Assembly (NCBI GenBank): GCA_905178155.1
Contig: CAJINV010000005.1
Coordinates: 8,120,515-8,184,514 of the forward strand
Source: Amoebophrya sp. A120
Lineage: Eukaryota > Protista > Dinoflagellata
Reading direction: 5' to 3'
Length of the DNA stretch: 64,000 bases
Shown: in pieces, positions 1-12,587 of the stretch
Numbering within the stretch: the first letter of the stretch is position 1
How the letters are laid out: the number at the start of each line of letters is the position of its first letter
The notes under the pieces: generated by a model
What the model saw: the letters and a program-made list of their open reading frames with translations, nothing else
Told to the model about the DNA's origin: nothing
The model's database searches: none
Program-made: the position numbers and the translations under genes

Positions 1-46
1 AATCCCCGCAGAAAAGGTCCAGCTCATTGGAAGGAGCGGACGCCAT
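1..46 (-). CDS. possible 5' end of a gene running off the window (MASAPSNELDLFCGD...)
   Basis: AAAC-ATG at 46-44, open frame to the window edge, same strand as neighbours; too short to identify. Confidence 0.3.
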   Translation of the reverse strand, partial: MASAPSNELDLFCGD

Positions 47-1447
47 GTTTTCGCTAGTTGTTTTGTTCAAGCAGTATATAAAATTTTTTACTGCAAAATT
101 TATTAAGTGTGTCTCATCAACAGACGAAGCAAAGCCAAAGGTAGTTCCAAAGTCTCAGGGTACCTACTAGTTGTAGGGAGCTAGATGAATATTAAAACGG
201 AAGATCTGGCTCACGTCCTATGGTCAATTTTTCAAAAATTCCTCGGGGTAGAGTACTTCAGTACTTATCGTTTCTAGGAGCGGTTGGTACAAGTGCTATG
301 ATCAGAACAGGAGTACAATACATACAAATTTGGTAGCATCAGGGACCTGTTGATTTTATTTGACGAATCGAACGAAGGAACAAGCGATCGATTGCGATAA
401 ACGAGGCAACCAAGTTGGCGATTATGTTCAATAAAATCCACCGACTGTATCTACAACTCTGAACAATTCCGACAGTGAAAATCAAATCTCTCGCATTCAA
501 AAGACTTCGCTCGCGAAATGGTACAACTTCTTCTAAACCGGTACTAAATTATCGACTAGTAGTGTAAGACCTACTTGCGAAAAGAAAAAACCGAATCAAC
601 TTTCGATTCTCAACATAGTTCCGGGCGAGAACAACAGATAAACTTCTTGTTCACCGTTGACTACGTACTTTCAACAGCACGACCAGTAAAATGCGCTCCC
701 GCATTGCGGAATCTGTGACCACAGACGTGCGATACGATTCTTGAAGACTGAGGTAATACTGTTGATGACTCAGGTGATTGTGCCAGAAGAAATCACTGCG
801 ATCCGAGAATCGGTCGTCCACGACATTGGTTCTGTCGTCCGATCGCGTCTCGTTGGAGACAAAAAAAAGTGTCGCTACTAGATGAAAAGATCACGAGAGG
901 TCCTTCGCTGAACTGCCAGCTAGAATAGAAGATTTTTTCTTTATACCAAAAACAAAAAGTGATTTAAGCACACGACCATTTTTACTCACTGTCACTGCGA
1001 ATAAACCAGTACCAGCCACACAAATCGATGACCCTGAAGAAAGTCGCTGCAGATCACCGTGTCAGTAGTACGCATCAAAAGCAAAAACTCATCGTGCGAA
1101 GATGCTACCAAAATGACTCACAACTCACTTCCCCGGTTTTATTGTTTTTTCCAGAAATAAATGACCGCTCTGACCTGTTGGAATTTCGGTCGCGGAAGCT
1201 GATCGAGCGGTGAATTTCTTCGTGTGCGAGCGAGGAATTTCTTCGACTTCCTCCAATCGGGCGGTTTATAACTTGACGTCGTGTGTAGTTGAAGATGCCG
1301 TTGTGATTAAGAATCTAGGTATAGAAGTTCTTTCGCCCGGGTGGCATTTATTCGCCAAATGCGCCAAGAACACCTGTCTTCCGCTCGATCACGAACGCTA
1401 GTTGACTCCATCGCGTTCTTTTCTTCACAGATCACGCCGCTATTTCT

Positions 1448-2625
1448 TCAGTACTGCTTTGGTACTCTTCTACTTCCCCTGCTGCTTCGCGACCTGCTTC
1501 GGCGAAACTTCTGAACCCCAGAGGAAAGAACCGAAACAACCGGTGGGGGAACAGCCCGTCTTCTCCTATCCGGGAGAAACCGGTCGTTGGGAATATCCGC
1601 GGTTGGGTCGTGCTCCTTCGAGTAGGGCTTGAGACGCCCGAAGACCTTTGTTGTCTTCTGTGCACAACTACGAGTGGGCAGCTTGTAGTTGTTTTTGTCC
1701 TGCTGCTGCTGTCCTGATTCTCCATGTAGTAGTATCAAATGCAAAAATGTCTGGGTCTGGAAACTTGTGATGCTGGTTGGCGAATCCTGAGGACGCCACA
1801 AGTGACGGCTCAGCATGACAAGTTTCTGACTCGCTAGGTGTTGCGCATTTTGCATGAAAAACCGCGTTTCGGCATGACAGAAAAGTGTGGCTTTTGGGTA
1901 ACGAGCATGACAGACTTTGGGGTCATGCTAGCAGAGCATGACAGACCTTCCATTCTTCCAGACCCAGACATTTTTGCAATCCATAAGTAGTCCTCCTGCC
2001 GCTGCTTCGCCGCGACAATTTTCATCCCACGACCGCCCTCGCGGAGATCTATCCGTAGGTCCCCCCAGTACGGCGGCGCGAGTACGGTTCATCCGGCTCT
2101 CCTGATACTCCCGGTCCACGCGCTGCCTGGCCCTCTCCCGGTCGTGCCTCGCCTCCTCCATCGCCTCTAGGTGGCATCTATCAAATGTAAAAATGTCTGG
2201 GTCTGGAAACTTGTGATGCTGGGTGGCGTCTCATGATGAGGCTACGACTACTAGCTCAGCATGACAAGTTTCTGAGCTCCTACGTGTTGCCTATTCCGCA
2301 TGACAAACTGCAGCGCTGCATCACAGAAAAACGGAGCTCTTGGGTTACGTGCATGACAGATTTAAGAGCCATGCCAGACAAGCATGACAAACATGAATTC
2401 TTCCAGACCCAGACATTTTTACAGTTGATAGCATCTGCAGTCGTGGTCCTTCTCCTTACTCCTAGCCCGGGGTCTCGCCCCCGCTATCGCGTTGGGTCGC
2501 CGGGTTGCTGGGGGAGGAACCGCAGGGATAGTACTTCTACCGGGATGACGAGCAGTAGAGCGCTTTTGCCTTGCATCCACATGATCCTCTCCTGGTCGTG
2601 GTGACTTTGTCTTTGTCAACAACAT
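1448..2625 (-). CDS. hypothetical Arg/Ser-rich protein, 3 exons
   Basis: ORF pieces 2419-2625, 1928-2161 and 1448-1855 join in frame (DCRC|HLEAMEE and GGLL|HGESG) after removing elements 2179-2430 and 1733-1985 plus one direct repeat each. Confidence 0.6.
1733..1985. mobile_element. introner-like element, family A
   Basis: TIR tatcaaatgcaaaaatgtctgggtctggaa / ttccagacccagacatttttgcaatccata; DR agtag. Confidence 0.9.
2179..2430. mobile_element. introner-like element, family A
   Basis: family A TIR; DR gcatc. Confidence 0.9.
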
Positions 2626-4217
2626 CTTTGCGGCGCTTTGGTTACCAGAGGACCTGCATCAAATTCTTGTTATGAACATCTTGTTCCTTTTTGATCTTTC
2701 ATGCCCACAGGAGATTCTTCTTCAAAACGCTGCTCTACCACGTCTCGGTCGCAGTCCTCTGCGATATCGAAAACTACGTTTTAACGAAGGTATCAAAGGA
2801 AAAAGGGGAAGAAGCAAACGGAGCATCTGATAGGCAATTCGATTTTTCTTTCGAGTTGATGTGTTGAAAATGCATTTTGATTTCTAGTTATTTTCATTCG
2901 ATACAGCGCACTGTCGTGATCGTTGTTTCTTTAATACTTTTTTCAGCATCGGGATCGGATCTTCTGACATGTTTTTTTGCATAAGTATGTACAACTGTTG
3001 TAAAATGCACATGAATCGAAACGAGCTTGATTGAAATCTTACTCTCCACAGAGTTTTATGGAAGGAAAATGGAAGTTCGACACTGTCACTGTGTCTGTTT
3101 CATTGTTCCAATGGGAAAGTATTATCTTCTGACGCAACGGTTACTATGGAAACTGGGCAAGGAAAGTGGAAAATTGTATGGCAAAACAGAGACCGTGACT
3201 CTTCCAATCTCATCTGAGGTCTCCTCCTGATAATACGCGCATACAAAAGATCCTCTTTTTGCCTTCTGGCTTTCTTGCGAAGCTTTTGAATTCATGCCTA
3301 GACGATTCGTTTGGCGACCACATGACGGTGAGACACCAGTATAATTGCAAGATGAACAATGTTTCCAGATTTAGGTCCCGTCATTAGAAATACTTGTCAA
3401 CATCACCACAGACACGGCTCTCTGCTTGCATTTGAAGATTTTTTGATTTTTTTGCTTTTTTCAGTTTTTTAAAAAGGGTAGTTGGTTAGATAGCAGGAGA
3501 TGCTGGAGCACTTTGGGTAGTTGTAGTGCTGAAACAGTGCTATCGAATTACCTTAAACGAGTAATCCAAGTTTTGATCTGATCGAGATCTCGGTTTGAAG
3601 CAAACGCAAAGCTTCAAAACTGTCTGTCTTCTCGGTGGCTTATTTGACGTTTTTGCATACTTCAAAATCGCTCGAAGTATCGCTTGCAGTCATTCAAAAA
3701 TCCTGAGTTGTGCAAATTTTTTGTATCCGTGGTACATCGTCATATCCAGTCGTGATGAACAATATCGGTGTAGTTCTTGCAAAGTCGTTCTCCAACCTCC
3801 ATTGCATGGTCTGATGCAGCAGCAACTCGATTATAATCCCGTTGTAAATAAATGCCCTTGTTCACCGTATAGCTCGACTCGTGGTTGCTGTACTCCGAAG
3901 TGTTGATTTCCTGTCCGTAAAAAAGATGGTGATGAAGTTTGTCGATAAAAACCGCCTCCTGCTGATAGTGAAAGTCTTCCTCGATGCTGCAAAATACATC
4001 GCCTCCTCGTAGATATGTAGTGGTCGATCGTCGGTAAAAACTCCTGGTTTCGTCTTCGATACAGCATGTAGTAGTTTATTCGCCAATACTGCATTTTTAT
4101 CTCCGAGGTAGTTGTCTGCTCCGTCTTGGTACAACAGATTCTCCGTTTACAAGTGGAAAGTGCGATTCATTCAGCTCGTGTTCGACAAATGCACAATTGA
4201 CCTTCTAGGTAGTATTC

Positions 4218-4377
4218 TATGAACTGCAAAAGTATCGTACTCGTATAAATGCATTACAAATAATTTTAATTTTGTTAGCATGAGAAATAATAATAAAATT
4301 TGTAATGCGGATTTGACTTAGGGAAAAGATTTGTAATGCATGATTGCAATACGAATACGATACTTTTGCACAGGATA
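4218..4377. mobile_element. introner-like element, family E (no host ORF recovered)
   Basis: TIR tatgaactgcaaaagtatcgtactcgta / tacgaatacgatacttttgcacaggata; DR tattc. Confidence 0.88.
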
Positions 4378-4532
4378 TATTCTCGATTGGTACGATTCTC
4401 GATGCCGCGAAGATCTTCCGGTAGAAGTTGTTCTTGCTCCGATAGTGCAAGTAGAGAAATGCATCTTCTTCAAAGAACTCGTTTTATATCCTATCGCTAT
4501 CACACAAAAACTCCGTTCGACTCTTCGCTTTA

Positions 4533-7500
4533 TCAGTCACGCCTGCGTACGCGGTCCTTTGGGCGCGCGACCACCTCGTCATCGTCGTCATCATTATTAT
4601 CCCTTTCGCGGCGGTCCTCCCGCTCCCGGCGGGAAGCCTTCTCCTCGTCGCGGTCCCGGCGGGAAGCTTTCTCCTCATCGCGGTCCCGGCGGTCCTCCCG
4701 GCGATCGCGGCGGTCGTCATCGTCATCACGGTCGCCACGGTCGCGGTCCCGGCCGCGCTCGCGGTCACGGTCACCCCGCTTCTCATCATCCCGGTCGCCA
4801 CGACGCTCCCGGTCACGGTCGTCTATCAGCGGCAAATATGTCTCTGTCTGGGAGATTGCGAGATTTGTCATGCTAGTCTGGCATGACTCTGCACTCTGTA
4901 TTGCGTAGGGCCGTCGGAGGAGCCCCTCTTGCATGTCATGCAAAAACGCAGTTTCTAATGCGGAGTACGCATTACAGATGAAACCACGGAAAAATGACTT
5001 GCCATGTTGGGCAGCACATTATTATTACAGTGTTTTCACTACAATTCCCTTCCTTGCATCACAAGTTCTTTGCAGACTGAGATCGATATTTGCAATGCAT
5101 ATCGTCCCGGCGGTCGCGGTCGCCGCGTTCGCGCTCGCGGTCCCGGTCACCCCCACGGTCACGTTCGCGCTCCCGGTCACGGTCCTCACGGTCACGGCCC
5201 CGTTCCCGGTCGTGGTCCCGGCGCCCACGCTCGCGGTCCCGGGAGTCGCGACGACGGTCCCGTTCGCGACCCAGCACGTGGATGCGGCCATTGCGGTCTT
5301 CCTCGATCTCGTATTTGACCCCAGTGGAGGAGCCTTTCACCTGGGATCCGAACCCGCGATCGTACGGAATCTCCCCGTGTATTCGGCTCATGCTCGGTAT
5401 GCAAGGAAAAACTCGGACCCGGGGAAAAATCGGTCAAGAATGTCTTTTACAAAAACCAAGATAATTCTTTGATAATATGCAGTGAAAAATCAAGTTGATT
5501 GTAAGACACGTCATTGTGACAGGTTGTCATGCACAACTAGCAATGATATTTAAAACATAGACAATTGTTGCATTTGGTCGTTCCTAGCGAGGATCAAGAT
5601 TCGAGTTCGTCTACAAACAAAATTTCACCTGCATGACAAATGCTAGCTGCGCATGACAACTTAAGTGTATCAAAGGGGTATAAAAAGAGATTTTGACCCG
5701 GTGAATTGAGAAACCATCTGCTCATCCTTACCCTTGGTGTGATTCGTGTTGGCCGCAAAATCGAAGTGAATCTGTTTTTTGGATAATAGAATATCGAATG
5801 ATCTTTTGTGCAATAGAAATATCAAAACGAAACAACGTCAATTGGCAGCTCCTCGTTTATCTATACCCGCGGTCCTCATGTTGTTAACACACAGAATCAA
5901 AAATCCGCCAACATCTACTACGTACTAATCCTGCCTGCATCTTCAGAAGTGTAATGTAATTATAGTCAACACCAGTTATAGTTTCCTCAATAATGTAAAA
6001 AACAACTTCTACAAAAATTAAAATCACAAAACGCCTAATAAGAGCTGTACCTTGTTCCCCCCCAGCATGGGCGGCGTGGTGCCAAAGGAATCCAAGTAGC
6101 CGATCGCTTGCGAGGCGTCCTCCGTGGATTTGAACTCCGCGAAACCGTAGGTGGCGTTGTCCAATTTCAGTCGGACCCGGAAAACTTCCACTCCCGAAGG
6201 TTGGAACCACGTTTTAATATCCTCGTCTGTCGTCTGCACGGGCAGGTTCTTGAGAATGATCGTGTTACTCGGCTCAGACCGCGGTTTGTTGTTCGTCACC
6301 ACCTATCCTGCGTAAAAAAGTCTCCACCCCGGAGTTGTCATGCGAATCTGCATGCCTACAAAGTTTGTCATGCGCAGACACGAGATGAGAGGCATTTTCT
6401 AATTTTGTCCGGGAGTTTGTCATGCTAGAATCAGGATAAGAGGGTCGCTATGTTCTCCTGCGGCTGCACTACCTATGCCAGATTATACCGCAGCGAGCCC
6501 ACACTTGTCATGCGCAACAGGCAAACGGTGTTGATTTGTGTTGCAAAATTTCCATCTTGCCTCTGAGGTGGGGACGTTTTTACGTAGAATACCACCGGCT
6601 GGGGTTTCTTCCCCTTCTTTCCCCCTTTGCCGCCGTCCTTGCCCTTCCCCTTGCCCCCTTTGCCGCCCTTCTTTCCACCGCCTTGTCCCCAGTTATTCCA
6701 ATCCTCGCCCCAAGATTCGTTCCCTCCCCAGGTTGCTGGGACAGCCTGCACTATCGTAGAGCAAACTATGCTATCAACCTTTGTCAGGCTGAGGTCATGA
6801 AAACAAGAGCGAAATAAATGGTCTGAGGACATTTTTGCCTATGAAAACTCCACAGAACTACAAAAGTACTAACTACGACTACCCTGTGTAGTTAACAAGA
6901 GATCTTCCGATACTACACTACAGAGCAGCGAGCTGAGAGTTCTTGTACAACAGGATCTCTTGGCATGATCCTGTTGTAATGATCGGATAGTAGTACTAGT
7001 ACTACGTGCAGAGTAATAAGACTGAAAATCTTTAGTTTGCAATTTCAGCATGACACCAAGCAGCGCTAGCATATTTTACATCTGATAGTCGTTCCGGTTC
7101 TCTGCATCTGCGCAGCCATCAGCGCCTTAAACTCATCGGACCCGGGCTTCGGACCCGCCGCACCACCCGTGGCTTCCGCCCCCTGCGCGTCCGCGTCCGC
7201 GGTCTGGGCCGCGAGTCGCGCCTGCTGCGCCGCCTGGGCGGCCTTGGCCTGCTGCATCTCCAGTTCAATCGCCTGCTCCCCCGTCAGCGGCGCCGGGGGC
7301 TCCTGCGTCTGTTGCTGCATCTGCATCAGTTCCGCCTGCATCTGCGCGTTCAGGTCGGCACCGGCGCCGCCCATGGCTCCCATCTGGCCAGCACCCGGAC
7401 CCGCCTCTTCTTCCGGCTCCTCCGTACCGGGCTCATTGTATGACAGTGCACAACTCCCCCTCCCCCTCATTTGTATTGCATGAACAGCAATACAAACACC

Positions 7501-10216
7501 AGCACACGCAGAGCCTGTGCATGGCAAATTCATGCAGTTCTAGTGTAGTACTGTTTGCGCTACTTCGTGAATTTGTCATGCATACTAGTGATACAAGGGA
7601 AGCAGTTGGATTTTGGGTTTTGCATGAGAAATGAGGGGGAAAGGGAGTTGTGCACTCTCATACATTGTAGTAGTTGATCGGAAATTTCCCCACGCCGACC
7701 TTGAACCGGGCTCCGAGCTGCTGGACCTGCCCAGCAAAGTTGGTCTGGAGCTGAATGTTGGCATTATCCTTGCTGGAAATCTCCAAAAAGGCCTTCGCAC
7801 CGTCGATGCCGGTAAATTCCAGGAAACCTGATAGAAGTGGTCGTGTTTTTCTTTCTTGATAATATCCAGTTACATTTGCATGTAGTCCACCTCCGAGGCC
7901 CGACCAGCATAATATTTCTAGCTGGTCAGGAGAGCTCGAAGATGGAGGTACAGTGTAGAATTTCCCGTCTAGGCCCCCGTGCACTTGTTTTTTGTAAATG
8001 TCGGATCAACATCGGACATTTCGAAGATCCTATTCGACCACAGTGCACATTCCAGCTTCCTAGACTGACAGAACTTCTACTGCACCATGATGTGAGATCG
8101 CTTCAATTTTAACCGCCAATACCGAGTTTTCCAGTTTTCGATTCGTTTTGTTGTAACATGCCCTTACCTGCCTTCCCAGTCTTAGAGATCTGTTCATCCG
8201 CCTGTTGAATGTAGATGTTGCAGGGGGGTTCTAACGACTCGGCCGTCACGAACTCATTCACCGCGATGGTTAACTCGCTGTCATCGTACTGCTCCGGGTA
8301 ATTCACGATACACAAAACGTTGGACTCGCGCGGGGGCTTCTTTTGCGGAACGGGGACGGATGCAATCGGGTCATACTGGTTCTTGCCTTTGCCTCCACCA
8401 ACGGGAACATGCATATCCCCCATCCAATTTTTCCCGCCGCCTTTATTTCCTATCCTGTGGAAAAACGTTGTCCTCCCCACCCCATAGTCAAGATCGGATG
8501 AAAACGGCTAAGTACACAAATCCACAAGCTTTGGCTGTTTTGCAGATGACACATTGAGACTCGTAGTGTAGTGCTGTTTGAGCTAGTATCCCAGCAGCAT
8601 CACAGATCTAGAATAATATCATGCTGATATTATTAGCATGACAAATTATCCAAAACACGCCTTCAAAAAAATGCGTCTCATGGACCTGATTCGTCCGCAT
8701 GAGAAACATAATTTGCAGCATGCAGATTATTGCATGACAAAGACAACTATGGGGTGAGGACGTTTTTGCATCTAGGATATTTCCTTTGTTATTGTTCCAC
8801 TTCCCGCCACCTTTGTTATTATTGCCCCAGTTATTGTTGTTATTGCCCCAGTTGTTGTTATTGCCCCAGTTATTATTGCCGCCCCAGCCGTTGTTGTTGT
8901 TGCCCCAGTTGTTGTTGCCCCAGTTGTTGTTGTTATTGCCCCAGTTGTTCTTGTTGTTGTTCATCTTGCCTTTCCCCTTCTTCCCCTTGTTATTCTTCCC
9001 GAAGCCGTTGCCGTTAAAACCGCCCGCGCCGGTGCCTTGGAACATGCCCGGCGGCGCCATGCCCATGCCAGGGGGGTTTTGCTGCATACCTCCCATTATG
9101 CATTGCAAAAGTTTATCGTGATCTGGGTCTGGATTTGTAATGCTAAAGACTTCAAGGACAACAACAAAATCCGTAATGCATGAATGGGCAGTTTTTTTAT
9201 CATGCCGTGAAATAACTCAGCTGGTCATGCGTTTTAATACGAAGGAATCAGCAATCAGCCTCGCGAGATAATTTCTCATGCTGTTATGCCGTTCACGTGC
9301 CTACTCTGCAATGGAAGCTTCAGCAACACAAGTTTCCAGATATGATCCAGACATAGATATAATTTGCATTGGATACCCATCATGCCGCCTCCCATGCCGC
9401 CCATCGGATCATCGCCGCCCTCACTTCCCATCATCTGTTGCAATTGCTGCTGCTGCTGCATGAGCATCTGCTGTTGCTGTTGCAGCATCGCCAGCTGCGC
9501 GCCCGGGTCGTCGCCGCCGGCATCGGCTCCAGCGGCAGTATATCAAAGTGAAAAATCCTCCCTCCCCATATTGTTACGGAAACTTCTGTTGCTGGATTTG
9601 TGTACACAGATCAGCCCTGTCTTGCAGTGAGGCACTACAAGCAAAGCCTCAGCCTGCGTAGGGGTGTTTTGTTGTAGGCACTTCGCATGACAGAGGCCTG
9701 CCATCTACGTGAAACCGCATTACGAATCGCCTCCATAAGGCTGCGACTTCTTTGGACTTGCCTTCTTGCAAGAGAGACAGGATTTGTGGTCACAAATCAG
9801 CATTACAAATTTTTAGGAACATACGTTTTCAATATGGGGAGGGGGGATTTTTCCTCACGGTACAGCACCGTCACCGCCACCCATGGCCGCTCCCATGGCC
9901 ATGTTCTGCTGCATGGCAAGCATCATTGCCTTATCAAATGCAAAAATGTCTGGGTCTGGAAGAGTCATGCTGTTTTTGCATGACGCAGAAGGTCTGGCAT
10001 GGACACTCTAGCATCACAGGTTTCGCGAAGCGTTCGCAATGCCGAATTCGCATGACAAATGCCCCATTTTGGTGACAGAAAGTGGACAGCTTTTGCTACC
10101 TATGCACGAGAGATTTTTCTGTGTTCTGAAATGCGCATCACAAGTTTGTATTCTTCCAGGCCCAGACATTTTTGCCTTTCATATGCCTGCATCTGGGCCG
10201 GGTCTTGACCCTCCAT
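4533..10216 (-). CDS. RNA-binding protein with two RRM domains, Q/M/G- and N/G/W-rich low-complexity N-terminus and RD/RE-rich C-terminus
   Basis: RRM1 VLCIVNYP...KAGFLEF; RRM2 IILKNLP...YGFAEF...GNK|IHFDFA; frame kept across 7 elements and inferred GT-AG introns 7828-8167, 6751-7079, 5772-6050, 5393-5697. Link to the RD-rich tail is the least certain junction. Confidence 0.75.
4824..5101. mobile_element. introner-like element, family A variant
   Basis: degenerate A TIR; DR tcgtc. Confidence 0.85.
6304..6591. mobile_element. introner-like element, family B
   Basis: TIR tatcctgcgtaaaaaagtctccacccc / ggtggggacgtttttacgtagaata; DR ccacc. Confidence 0.88.
7439..7662. mobile_element. introner-like element, family F
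   Basis: TIR tatgacagtgcacaactccccctccccctcat / atgagggggaaagggagttgtgcactctcata; DR cattg. Confidence 0.9.
8451..8779. mobile_element. introner-like element, family B
   Basis: family B TIR; DR tttcc. Confidence 0.88.
9097..9375. mobile_element. introner-like element, family A variant
   Basis: TAT...ATA ends with ctgggtctgga core; DR cccat. Confidence 0.85.
9541..9862. mobile_element. introner-like element, family C
   Basis: TIR aaaaatcctccctccccatat / atatggggaggggggattttt; DR cagta/cagca. Confidence 0.87.
9932..10183. mobile_element. introner-like element, family A
   Basis: family A TIR; DR tgcct. Confidence 0.9.
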
Positions 10217-12587
10217 AGTTTTTTCTTTTTTCAGATGATGGGATCTGGTCTTTTTTTTGTGCAATATCAAAAAAAAACAAATGAACTTTAAAGTTCTGTT
10301 TACGGTGGTTATATCAGTACGTCAAAACTGCTCGACAATAGTATGTCATCGAAACAACTTCAACCGGTTTGTCAGAATACTCAGAAATAACACAACGTAG
10401 CACTGTGAAAACGACTCGCTTCCGCTATTGGTTTTAGATGAAATTATCCCGTGTTGATGGAAAAAGATTTGATGTTAGGATTCGAAAAGCGAGATTGACC
10501 AAAGTATCGAAAGAAGGGTTGCTCTAGTATTTTTTACAACGCTTGAAAAAAAGCAAGACGCTGCTCAAAAGTCCACCTATACTGCTTTTCTGCTTTTTCT
10601 TTGCGTTTTTTTTTTTTCATACATAGGGCTACTTTCAAACATGTCGCTGCGGGTATAGAACAAAATGGACAGGTCTCAGAAGTAGATTCAGGGTCTTGTA
10701 GAAGAGATGGCGGTGGGATGAGTATGAGAAAATCGCAAATAAAGATCTTCGCAGATAGTTTGAGATCTTCCGATTATCGTTTTGTCAAAGGATATAATTT
10801 CTATTTTGGACGAGAGCAAGAACCGCTTTGATGAAAAAATCTTCTAAAAAACTTGTTGCAAATGGACGTCGCGGTGAAAGAACGGTGGTGAAAATTTTTT
10901 CGACGTCGCAGATTTTACACGTCGGGCATGGCCGCTTGTGTATTTTTTGCAAATAAATTTGTGTTGCTCTTCTTCTTGCAAATTTATTCAGTTTCTTTTC
11001 GAATTTCTTCTTGGGGAACGAGTTCGATCTCGGACTTGGATCGTGAGCGCTACTTCACATCCTCCATGGAAAAGTCCGGCCGACTACGCAGACTAACATC
11101 GAACTCACACACAGCGCCTTCTTTGCGAAGATGCGACCAGGCTCGACACTTTGGCGGCAGCCAAGCGTCTGAGCCGGGTTCAGCCTTTTCTTGCCTTTTT
11201 TTCAAAGCCTATCAGCCTAAGCGCCCACATCTGCACTTTGGTGCAGATGTGCCACTTGCTGTCGTTTACTTCAATTTTGTACAGCAAAATCAAAACCGAC
11301 AAAACGCTCTATTTCAAAACCAGAGCGGAAATTCTCACAAGCGACAAATAAGTCACTTCCTCTTGACCGAGAAAACCTCAGTCGCTGTAGTAGCGGCTGC
11401 TACTTGCATCGGCACTGACTGCTCGAGTTGCGCGCAACTACCGATAGGCGCGGCAACATTTACCCACTGCAACACCTTGGACGTCGCTGCTGCGCCGCCA
11501 TGTGGGTGTTGCTACTTTTACTTTTGCTTTCCACACTCGTAGCAACGGATGTCATCGACAGACGCTGCTCGAGTGGGCGTTTGCCCTTTCCAGCGCTGTG
11601 CGCTATGATGGCTCTCCAGGTGCGGCCTAGCCGCACAAGGAGGCGACTACGGCCACGAGCTGGGGAGCTCATTCCCTACTCTTATGCAGGGATAGGTGTG
11701 GGTGGCTAGTAGTTCTTACCCGTTCCGAATAGGGGAACTCCTTGGGCTCATAACTCTGTCGAGGTGTCAACCACCGAGGACTGGCATGCGAACTAGCACG
11801 CTGTCCTGAGATAGAGAACAGAGTTACTATCTAGGCACCTAAGTAAGGCGCTACGGAGTTCAGGGCAATTGTTTCGTCAAGCTACTGGCCCGGAGACCAG
11901 AAGCCATTCTGGCACTGTATTTCATTCCATTGTTACCATTGTCATGGCTATCATGTTCACCATCCTATTGGTGTAGTGCGTGTGATCCTAGTCATCCTAG
12001 TGATCCCCATTGTGTGATCCTACTTGTGCGGCCCCACTACTTGTCTAGATCTTCTACCTGTCGGTATACTAGTGGCCTATCTCTGTGATCTCATTGATCT
12101 GAGGAGCATGCTAGCGCCAGCTCTAGTCCACGACAAGTTGCTGCGCAATATTCTTGCAAATTTATTCAGTTTCTTTCCGAATTTCCTTCTTGGGGAACGA
12201 GTTATTTTTTACGGAATCGGAAGAACAACAGATCATGTTTCCACTTCCTGCATAACTCAAGGGCATGGAAAAGTTCTGCATGCAAAAGTTCTGCAGGATT
12301 TTTATTTGCGCGTCGAACTATATTTTCATCTCGTCTGGTGGTCAGTTACTCTTGCTCTTCTTGCAAGAACGAAAATTATTCCAGATTCGTGCTGTGAGAT
12401 CATGCTGAGTTTGTTGAAACAAGTACTCAATTTCTTGCGGAGACATTTTCAATTCGGGTGGGCGTCGAGAGGACTTATGGATGCATTTTTTTCAAATGAA
12501 CGAATTTTGCTTCTCTGTTAAAACGAGTGATGGATCGATTGATGTATGGTGAAATAAACTATCTCCTTTTATCAACGACCAGCACTT

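Noticed and set aside
8730-9121. Plus-strand Cys-rich and Leu-rich ORFs
   Set aside because: Antisense shadows of the NNNWG repeat exon
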